From NCBI GenBank assembly GCA_002269645.1, contig NIVC01000001.1, positions 1,612,001 through 1,676,000 of the forward strand: DNA of 64,000 nucleotides. The letters are read 5' to 3'. Below the pieces are notes generated by a model, which was not told the DNA's origin, ran no database searches, and saw only the letters and a list, made by a program, of their open reading frames with translations. Source of the DNA: Macrostomum lignano (taxonomy: Eukaryota). Position numbers and translations under genes: made by a program. Below are positions 24,885 through 34,814 of this stretch, piece by piece; position 1 is the stretch's first letter, and every line of letters starts with the position of its first letter.

Positions 24885-25695
24885 TTCCTACCCATATGAT
24901 TCCCTACCTGTCCACAAGATTCCCTACCTGTCTACAAAATACCCTACCTGTCCGTAGGACTTCCTACCTGTCTTATAAGATTCCCTACCTGTCCACAAGA
25001 TTCCCTACCTCTCCACAAGAGTCCCTACCTGTCCACAAGATTCCCTACCTGCCCACAAGATTCCCTACCTGTCCACAAGATTCCCTACCTGTCCACAAGA
25101 TTCCCTACCTGTCCACAAGATTCCCTACCTGTGCACAAGATTTCCTACCTGTCCTCAAGATTCCCTACCTGTTCACAAGATTCCCTACCTGTGCACAAGG
25201 TTCCCTACCTGTTCACAAGATTCCCTACCTGTGCACAAGATTCCCTACCTGTCCACAAGATTCCCTACCTGTCCACAAGATTCCCTACCTGTGCACAAGA
25301 TTTCCTACCTGTCCTCAAGATTCCCTACCTGTTCACAAGATTCCCTACCTGTGCACAAGATTCCCTACCTGTTCACAAGATTCCCTACCTGTTCACAAGA
25401 TTCCCTACCTGTTCACAAGATTCCCTACCTGTCCACAAGATTCCCTACCTGTTCACAAGATTCCCTACCTGTGCACAAGATTCCCTACCTGTCCACAAGG
25501 TTCCCTACCTGTTCACAAGATTCCCTACCTGTCCATAGAACTTCCTACCTGTCCATAAGACTCTCTACCTGTCCACAAGATTCCCTACCTGTCCACAAGA
25601 TTCCCTACCTGTCCACAAGATTCCCTACCTGTCCATAAGATTCCCTACCTGTCCACAAGATTCCCTACCTGTCCATAAGCTTCCTTACCTGTCCA
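24885..25695 (-). repeat. 20-bp minisatellite (acaagattccctacctgtcc), ~40 copies; inverted relative to 23425-23817
   Basis: Direct repetition and reverse-complement identity to the upstream array. Confidence 0.93.
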
Positions 25696-25767
25696 TTAGT
25701 TGGATTCCGTAGAAGTATAACGAATAAAAGTGCAAAATTTATCAAAGTCTGCAAACAAACCTCGATA

Positions 25768-25831
25768 ATGAAATCAATCTTCAGGGCCACCGTGGATCGC
25801 CCTGCCAACGAGCCAGACGATGGCAGCCAGC

Positions 25832-25865
<34 letters not shown>

Positions 25866-27036
25866 CGTCATGATCAGCAGCCCGCCAGCTCCGCTGCACA
25901 ACTGTCATCTGATGGGCTGCGAGCGGGTTCGCCTGAACGTTTCCGGCATGCACTTCGAGACCCGCCTGGGCATCCTCAACCAGCACCCGCGCACCCTGCT
26001 GGGCAACCCGCAGCGTCGGGCGGTGTACTACGACCAGTCCAGGCGGGAGTACTTCCTGGACCGGCACCGCCCCACCTTCGAGGCCGTGTTCAACTACTAT
26101 CAGTACGGCGGCAAGTTGAAACGACCTCCAACTGTTACTGATGACATCTTCCTGTCCGAGCTGGAATTCTACGACATCGAGCGCGAAGTTATTGAGGCCT
26201 ATAAGAAGGATGAAGGCTACATCTCGGAGACTGTGGTGCTGCCCGAGCACCCGCTGCAGAGGGCCGTCTGGATGCTGTTCGAGTACCCGGAGACCAGCGC
26301 CATGGCCTTCGTGGTGGCCATCCTGTCGGTGCTGTTCACCGTGGCCTCCATCATCCTCTTCTGCGCCGAGACGCTCAAGGAGTTCAAAGACTCGCACTGC
26401 ACCGAGAGGCAGCTGCCGAATTTCCTCGACCCCTTCTTCATCATCGAGTCGGCCTGCACCGCCTGGTTCACCGTTGAACTGCTGGTCCGTTTCATCGTCT
26501 GCCCGTGCAAGAAGGCCTTCATCAAGGATGTGAAGAATGCGGTGGATCTCTCGGCCATCGTGCCGTACTATGTCACCCTCACCAATGTGCTGGTCACCAT
26601 GAGCTGCGAGGGCGCGAAGTCGAGCGCCTCGCTGGCCTTCCTGCGAGTTGTCCGCCTCATCCGGGTGTTCAAGCTCACCAAGCACTCCGCCGACCTCCAG
26701 GTGCTGGTGCTCACCTTCCGGGCCAGCATCGAAGGTCTTGGACTCTTCCTGGTGGCGCTGATAGTCTGCATCCTGCTGTTCTCCTCCACCATCTACTATG
26801 TGGAGAGCGAGGTGAAGGGCTCGCAGATCGAGAGCATCCCGGACGCGTTCTGGTGGGCGGTGATCACCATGTGCACCGTGGGCTATGGCGACAAGGTGCC
26901 GAAGGGCCCGCTGGGCAAGGTGGTCGGCTCCGTGTGCGCCGTGGCCGGCGTGCTGACCCTGGCGATCCCCGTGCCGATCATCACCGAGAACTTCAACAAG
27001 TTCTACACGCACAAGACTGGGCGGGGCAGGCGGTGA
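25768..27036 (+). CDS. KCNA: Voltage-gated K+ channel alpha subunit, Shaker/Kv1 family (T1 plus S1-S6 in one exon)
   Basis: T1 ERVRLNVSGMHFET...EYFLDRHRPTFEAV; S4 LRVVRLIRVFKLTKHS; pore PDAFWWAVITMCTVGYGD; S6 AGVLTLAIPVPII. Confidence 0.95.
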
Positions 27037-27059
27037 TGGGGGTCTGCCGTTTGCCGACT

Positions 27060-27185
27060 CTTCTCTGTTGCTATGCAAATCTTCTCTGTTGCTATGCAAA
27101 TCTTCTCTGTTGCTATGCAAATCTTCTCTGTTGCTATGCAAATCTTCTCTGTTGCTATGCAAATCTTCTCTGTTGCTATGCAAAT
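27060..27185. repeat. 21-bp repeat (cttctctgttgctatgcaaat) x6
   Basis: Direct repetition just after the Kv stop codon. Confidence 0.9.
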
Positions 27186-27279
27186 TGCTCATTTCTGTTT
27201 TCTCTGCTCACTGTGCAGTCCATTCCAATTTACTAATTTCAATTTTACCCACCGATTGCCCAAAATCCCCACATCCCTT

Positions 27280-27580
27280 TCCAATAATTCCCATTTTAAT
27301 AATCCTCATTCAAATAATTCCCCTTCCAATAATTTTCCTTGCAATAATTTGCCTTCCAATAATTCCCCTTCCAATAATTCCCATTCCAATAATTCCCATT
27401 CCAATAATTCCCATTCCAATAATTCCCCTTCCAACAATCTCCATACCAATAATCCCCATTCCAATAATTCCCATTCCAATAATTCCCCTTCCAACAATCT
27501 CCATACCAATAATCCCCATTCCAAAAATCCCTATTTCAATAATTCCCATTCCAATAATTCCCTTCCAGTAATTCCCCTAA
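27280..27580. repeat. 15-bp repeat (aataattcccattcc)
   Basis: Direct repetition. Confidence 0.85.
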
Positions 27581-28189
27581 CGCATATTTAAATTCCGCCG
27601 ATTCCCGAAATTGGCCAATTCAAGAAAGAGTTCACAGATTTTCCAAGTTAGTTTATTTGTCACCAAATTAGCAATATCTGTGTAGCAGAACTCCCATCGG
27701 CCCACACAGTTTATTCCCATTTTTTAGTACTTTTAAACTGAAATTAAACAACAAAATGAAGCACTGCAAAGCGCCTGCCAGAGCGAACCTGCTAACGCAG
27801 AGGAATGCTCAAGATTTCCACGAAAAAATCGCTAATAAACGAGATGAGAGCCGCCCGACAGCTGTAATGAGGCTGACTTGGCGCCATGAAGTCGTGGGCC
27901 GTTGCCGTCTTGCTTCAACAGTTTAATTGGAAATTTTTCCCAGCGTCAACACTGCATGAGAGAGAGAGAGAGAGAAAAGTACTTCGGATTTACCACGATT
28001 GCAACCCTGTCTGTTGTGATTCTTCATCAATTGTTGATTTCCATTGTAAATAAATGCAATTACAATTTTTGTTAAGTGATTTCTTTTGATAATATTTCCT
28101 TTCTTTCTGCTAGTTGAATATCTGCCGAAAACAAAATTTCAACTCAAATGCAGTAGCAAATTATTTTGTTTAAATTAATTAGCTTTGCT

Positions 28190-28880
28190 TGTTTTGTTTC
28201 TGTTCTGCTCCGTTCTGTTCTGTTCTGTTCTGTTCTGTTTCTGTTCTGTTTCTGTTCTGTTCTGTTTCTGTTCTGTTCTTTTCTGTTCTGTTCTGTTTCT
28301 GTTCTGTTCTGTTTCTGTTCTGTTCTGTTTCTGTTCTGTTCTGTTCTTTTCTGTTCTGTTCTGTTTCTGTTCTGTTCTGTTCTGTTCTGTTCTATTCTGT
28401 TCTGTTCTGTTCTGTTCTGTTTCTGTTCTGTTCTGTTCTGTTCTGTTCTGTTCTTTTCTGTTCTGTTCTGTTCTGTTTCTGTTCTGTTCTGTTTCTGTTC
28501 TGTTCTGTTCTGTTTCTGTTCTGTTCTGTTTCTGTTCTGTTCTGTTCTTTTCTGTTCTGTTCTGTTCTGTTCCGTTCTGTTCTGTTTCTGTTCTGTTCTG
28601 TTCTGTTCTGTTCTATTCTGTTCTGTTCTGTTTTGTTCTGTTCTGTTCCGTTCTGTTCTGTTCTGTTCTGTTCTGTTCTGTTTCTGTTCTGTTATGTTCT
28701 GTTTCTGTTTCCGTTCTGTTCTGTTCTGTTCTGTTCTGTTCTGTTCTGTTCTGTTTCTGTTTCTGTTCTGTTCTGTTCTGTTCTGTTTCTGTTTCTGTTC
28801 TGTTCTGTTCTGTTTCTGTTCTGTTCTGTTCTGTTCTGTTCTGTTCTGTTCTGTTCTGTTCTGTTCTGTTCTGTTCTGTC
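28190..28880. repeat. (TTCTG)n microsatellite
   Basis: Direct repetition. Confidence 0.97.
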
Positions 28881-30179
28881 AGTCCCCAGAGAATCCCTCA
28901 GCTGAGCAGCTCACACGGTGGAATCGCCAGTCAGTCAGAAGAGTCACCCTAACAGACCCGCAAAGCTCGCATTTGAGTCGGGTGAGTTCTGCAGAGCACA
29001 ATACTGGCAGTCAGTGAGGACATGCCATTTTTAGGGGCGGCGTTTCCTCTTGAAGCTCAACAATGCTTGCTTTTTTCGCAATTGCGTATCAAGCAGCCCA
29101 CTGGCGCATAGAAGCTGTTGAAGAAGTGTCGGGGGTCCTGGACCAGTGCTTGCTTGGCGTTTGTGAAGAGAATAGCGCATTATGGCTAAATGCATTTATT
29201 TCTAGCTGTTTGATTGGAGAACAATGGCCAGGCAAATTTGACTTGCGGAGTTGCTGTGCGACCTTTCAGTGTTGTACAGGCTGTGCGCTACAGGCTGTGA
29301 CACCAGTGGATTTTAGTTGCTAGGGAAGTAGCGTTCACCCTCTCACCCTCTCACCCTCTCACCCTCTCACCCTCTCACCCTCCGCACCATTCTACCTCTC
29401 CCTTTCTGTCTGTGGGGTCGCTTCTCTCTCCTAGAAGATCCCATCAATTTCTATTGCACTCTCGCCACAGTAGGCAAGCGGCTATAACCTTCTCCCAATT
29501 CAACCCTCCATCATGCCCTCTCAGCTGCCAAATGGATCTCCCCTTCTCTCTCCTTGACCCCCAAAATCGGGCAGTCGTGAGTCACTCTGTTTTGAAACCC
29601 CTGCCTCTCGCACGCATAATAACAATAAAATTGTTCAGCTCTTAATTACCCGGCATGGCGCAAGAACCTCAGCAAAAAACGGCAGCGCCAGCAACAAGGC
29701 AGAAGATGCAGGCAGGCAGGCAAAGTTTCGAAAGTTCGCGGGTCGGAATGAATTATCCCTCTGGCCATATTCCCTATCCGCGAGTTAATATTTGCTCCGC
29801 TGGCTGCCCGGCGACCTCACGATTGCAGCTCATCCATCAAGCCGGAACGGGACGGTGGGCAGCCCCCGCATGGCTCTGATATCCAAGGCGCCTGCATTTG
29901 GCTAAGCTAATTGAAAATTATTGCCTGGTCTTTTGGACACTTGCTGGATCGAGCGGCTGTTGCACTGCTGCCTCTGATTGTCTGTCTGAGACCCCACCGC
30001 CTTTTCTCCCATTCCTGCACTTTCTTGCCATTCCCCTCCTTCGTTTCTCTGCGCATCCTTTTACACTCCCCCTCAAACTTCCTCTTACACTCCCTCTCTG
30101 CTTCTCTTTCTGTCTACCACCCTGCCTCTTCGCTCCATTTCGCTCTCCCTCTCGCTTTTCTCTCCCTCCCTCTGCGTAT

Positions 30180-30410
30180 CTTCTTCTCTCCTTCTCCCTC
30201 TCCCTCTCCTCTCTCCTTCTCCTTCTCCTTCTCCCTCTCCCTCTCCCTCTCCCTCTCCCTCTCCTTCTCCCTCTCCCTCTCCCTCTCCCTCTCCCTCTCC
30301 CTCTCCCTCTCCCTCTCCCTCTCCCTCTCCCTCTCCCTCTCCCTTTCCCTCTCCCTCTCCGTCTCCGTCTCCCTCTCCCTCTCCCTCTCCCTCTCCCTCT
30401 CCGTTTCCCT
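30180..30410. repeat. (CTCTCC)n polypyrimidine microsatellite
   Basis: Direct repetition. Confidence 0.9.
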
Positions 30411-32129
30411 CTTTCTCTTCCTCTATACCTTACTTTCCCCCTCTCTCTTCCCCACCCTCTACACCTCTCGATCTCTCCTTCTTTCCTTCTTCACTAATCT
30501 ACTCTCTTTCCACTTCTCGCTCTTTACTTCCACTCTCTCTTTTCCGCTTCAAATAGAAACTCGCGTGGAATAAGACTATTCTGGATTATTTTGTTGAGAT
30601 GTGTGCCTCTGCGATTGTGTTGGCAACTCTGCGCTATTGGAAGAATGTTACAAGCGTAATATTTAGAACTTTTGGCAGACTACAGCTCGAATCAGGCCAT
30701 CTGCAAATGCACCAGCTTAGTGAGCTGGCCTGATGGCAGGTTTCTAAAAAAATTTCCTCTGGAAGCAGATGAAGCGTGACAATTTTGGCGGAAGCTGGAG
30801 CCAAGTCCCCCCCCCCTAAGAACGGTCTGCCAAAAAATGAAGCTCGCTACTTTATAATTGGGAACCAGTTTGTGCAGACTCAGATATCGACTTTAATTTA
30901 CCATAATCTAAATATAAAGTACAGTTTGCATTTTTAATGAGCTACGACATGACTAAAAACGGCGTGACCCAAATGACCCAATGATGAAATACTGTGACAC
31001 AGATAATAATGACAATAGTAGTATTAGGGAGGCTACGGGCACCCTGGTGCAAGTGCAACCAGCGCTGAGGCAACTCAGCACATTCCCCTGACTCCTTAGC
31101 ACTACAAGCGCGCCAATGCTGTACGCAGGCAGCACTCACACACGCTCTCACAGGGTGTACAGCTGCCCTTTGACTTTCTAATCGTCAGGCGCATGTACAC
31201 CCTGTGCGCCTTGCATGGCTGTGAATCGCAGTAATCGGACCAATTTTTGCTCTCGGCGATGACCCAAAAATATAACTCAGCATTAGCATATATGCGGTTT
31301 TATTTCAGTCTTTTACTACTTAATAAGTAATAATCATTGGCAGTAGTAAAGTTGGCGCATAGATTGCGAAAAATGTTAAAAAAAAAAGAGTGATGAGTTT
31401 TATAAAGAATTTCGCTAAAGCTAATGCGTTGTATATTTTCTGAGTTTACCAATTTAATGCATGTAAGCTGGTGACACAAGAGAGGAGGTCGTCCTTAAAG
31501 CGAAATAAAATTCTCATAGTAGCAGAAAAAATGAAGAAAACTAAAAAGTTCATTCACCTTATATTAATGCATACATGGGGAAGGTACAGTTGATAAAGGA
31601 ATCCTGGGCGAGCAGGTCATCCGAATGTCCCATATTGGGACCAAGGAAAAGGCAGAACTTCAGCCAGAGAGACCCGCGACAAAAACGGTTAATCCCTCTT
31701 TTTTTAACGCTGGCAGCTCATTAATTATTAATGAGCTTGACTTTCCTGGCGCAGCCTGACGTGCGTGCTGGGCCTCTGGAGAGAGGATTTTTCAGCGAGA
31801 TCGCGATCCCCAATTGATTTGGGATTTTTATCACACCGGTTTGAACGGTGCGGCTCGGTATTCGATCGAGAGTGGTGAAAAGATTTAATTTTTTGATACC
31901 AGTAATTTGCGGCATGACAATTTTAATATGGCCCACAGATACTATGTAGAATAGCCAGATGGGCCACTAAGGCATTACTTAGCAAAACAGCTTTCTACTT
32001 TCAGTTCAGTAGCAAAGAAGAATACATAAGCTATTTTAAAAGAATACAGGCAGCTGAAATGACTTTGATAAGTTTAGAAGCGACTACTAAAGTAGAAGGA
32101 CGGGAAACCTCGGGTTTCGGGTTCGGGTT

Positions 32130-32400
32130 GTCAGTGGGTGTCGATTTGGGGTTGTCAGTGGGTGTCAATTAGGGTTGTCAGTGGGTGTCAATTAGGGTTG
32201 TCAGTGGGTGTCAATTAGGGTTGTCAGTGGGTGTCAATTAGGGTTGTCAGTGGGTGTCAATTAGGGTTGTCAGTGGGTGTCAATTAGGGTTGTCAGTGGG
32301 TGTCAATTAGGGTTGTCAGTGAGTGTCGATTTGGGGTTGTCAATGGGTGTCAATTAGGGTTGTCAGTGGGTGTCAATTAGGGTTGTCAGTGGGTGTCAAC
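32130..32400. repeat. 23-bp repeat with a TTAGGG core (gtcagtgggtgtcaattagggtt)
   Basis: Direct repetition. Confidence 0.9.
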
Positions 32401-32512
32401 TGTGATGTCAGCTCATTTACAATCAATCGCTTCCTTTGCTACACTCAACGATCGATAGGTCACTGTAATCAGCAGCTTGGCAAGGTGCATTCCGCCTCTT
32501 CAACAGTCATTT

Positions 32513-33546
32513 TCAGCATCTCGGTCCGAAGTGTGCCAGAAGCTCCATCGGCAGTGGAAATATTACAGTAGAATTGTTCTCGGCTGAAATCGCGCTCACA
32601 GTGTGCAGGTAGCGCAGTTGGAGGGCCGACGGCGACTGCTGGATCACGGAGGCGGCTTCGCGCAGCGCCCTGGACGCGCGCCGCTCGCCTTCGGCCATGA
32701 TCACTTTGGCGCGCGCCTCCCGAGCAGCCTCCGCCTCCGCGGCCATGGCTCTCTGCAGCTGCACCGGCAGGCGGACGTCCTTGATCTCCACTCGTTCAAC
32801 TTTGACGCCCCACGGATCGGTGGCCGCGTCCAGGCTCTCCTGCATCAGGCAGCTGATGTCCTCGCGCTCGGCCAGAATCTCAGACAGGTTCTTCGTGCCC
32901 AGCACGTTCCTGAGGGTGGTCTGCGCCAGCAGCCGGGTCGAGCGGTCGGCGTTCTCCACGTTGATGACGCTGATCACCGGGTTGAATATTCGATAGTACA
33001 CCACGGCGTCAACTGCCACGGTCACTGAGTCCTTCGTCAGCACCTCCTGGGGCGGCACGTCGAAGGTGACGGTGCGCAGGTCGACGATGCGCACGGTGTC
33101 GCAGCAGGGCGCGGTGAAGAACAGGCCGGGACGCGGGCGCGGCTGCCGGACACGCGGCCGAGACGGAACAGCACGGCGCGCTCATATTCAGCAACGACGC
33201 GCAGGCAGAACAGCAGCGAGAAGGGCAGCGTCAGCAGGACCAGCGCCAGGCTGCAGATGTACAGCAGGCGGGAGCAGAAGCCGACAGTCTCGTCGTTTTC
33301 GTCCAAGATGTCAATATCCGGGTTCAGCAGGTCGGGTCTAAGAAGCCGCAGGTCCCGCTTGCGTTGACGAAGCCGCATGGCGAGGTCGGCGGCAGCGGCA
33401 TCGTCGTCGACGGCATTGGGGTCGGCAGCGGTGGCGGCGGCGGCGGCGGCGGCGGAGGTAGTTGCTGCGTTGGGATTAAAGATGACATCCTGAAGCAGCG
33501 GCCCCTCGACGTTATTCGACTCGCTGGCATCGGTGGAAGCAGCCAT
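32513..33546 (-). CDS. STOM: Intronless stomatin/MEC-2-like SPFH protein with a 1-nt frameshift near 33132 (sequencing error or very recent pseudogene)
   Basis: Frame 1 gives GFCSRLLYICSLALVLLTLPFSLLFCLRVVAEYERAVLFRLGRV. Frame 2 continues PGLFFTAPCCDTVRIVDLRTVTFDVPPQEVLTKDSVTVAVDAVVYYRI...RAMAAEAEAAREARAKVI...ALQLRYL. Confidence 0.9.
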
Positions 33547-33609
33547 GGACGATGGCTGGATGATCGGGAAGTTCGGGAGACTTTGAGATACTCAGTTCTT
33601 TGCGATTGA

Positions 33610-33800
33610 GGAATGAGGTAATCAGCTGCTCATTCCTGTAGCACCTGTGGGGTAATCAGCTGCTCATTCCTGTAGCACCCATGAGGTAATCGGCTGCTCA
33701 TTCCTGTAGAACCCATGGGGTAATCAGCTGCTCATTCCTGTAGCACCCATGGGGTAATCAGCTGCTCATTCCTGTAGAACCCATGGGGTAATCAGCTGCT
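33610..33800. repeat. 34-bp repeat (ggggtaatcagctgctcattcctgtagcacccat), ~6 copies, just upstream of the stomatin ATG
   Basis: Direct repetition. Confidence 0.85.
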
Positions 33801-34224
33801 CAGATTCTAAATAGGTGCTTATATGGGTAGATTGTTTTGATTGATAAAATCAAAATTGATAAAATTGATAAAATTGATTGTAAATTGATAAAATCTCACC
33901 TTAAGATACGCTCGTACGAGTAAAAGAATTTCAGTAGCTGGATAATCTTGCTTTAAAATTTTTGGCAAGTTGGCTCTGCCGCTCGAGCGCTTAGAAAATT
34001 CAAATTATGCTTCATACAAAACTTGCACTTACCGCGTACTTATTGCAGCTCATGCAGAATTCAGCCAATCAGGCACGGTTCTTTGAATTCGACAATATTC
34101 TGGAATGCCCAGCAGCCATTTAGAGCTCATGCTCAAAACCCATACAGACTCTGTGCACTGAGACCCCCAGCCGAAATGTAAAAATTAAGCATTCTCAGTG
34201 CTGCAGCAGCGATTCCATGGCTAC

Positions 34225-34800
34225 TGAGTAGCTTATTGAGGAGCTTATTGATTCGCTTATTGAGAAGCTTTTTGAGTAGCTTATTGGGTAGCTTACTGAG
34301 TAGTTTATTGAGTAGCTTATTGAGTAGCTTACTAGGTAGTTTATTTAATAGCTTATTGGGTAGCTTATTGAGTAGCTTTTTGAGTAGCTTATTGGGTAGC
34401 TTATTGGGTAGCTTATTAGGCAGCTTTTTGGATAGCTCATTGGGTAGCTTATTAGGTAGCTTATTGGGTAGCTTTTTGGGTAGCTCATTGGGTAGCTTAT
34501 TAGGAAGCTTTTTGGGTAGCTCATTGGGTAGCTTATTAGGTAGCTTATTGGGTAGCTTTTTGGGTAGCTCATTGGGTAGCTTATTAGGTAGCTTATTGAG
34601 TAGCTTTTTGGGTAGCTTATTGAATAGCTTTTTGGGTAGCTTATTGGGTAGCTTATTGGGTAGCTTATTGGGTAGCTTATTAGGCAGCTTTTTGGGTAGC
34701 TCATTGGGTAGCTTATTAGGTAGCTTATTGGGTAGCTTTTTGGGTAGCTTATTGGGTAGCTTATTGGGTAGCTTATTGGGTAGCTTATTAGGTAGCTTAC
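34225..34800. repeat. 12-bp minisatellite (gggtagcttatt)
   Basis: Direct repetition. Confidence 0.92.
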
Positions 34801-34814
34801 TGATCCCTCTTCCC

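Noticed and set aside
25774-27192. 472-aa antisense ORF over the Kv channel, and similar overlapping ORFs on GC-rich exons
   Set aside because: Expected shadow ORFs of GC3-rich coding sequence; no independent features.
33100-33150. Programmed ribosomal frameshift in stomatin
   Set aside because: No slippery heptamer at the site; one missing G explains it.
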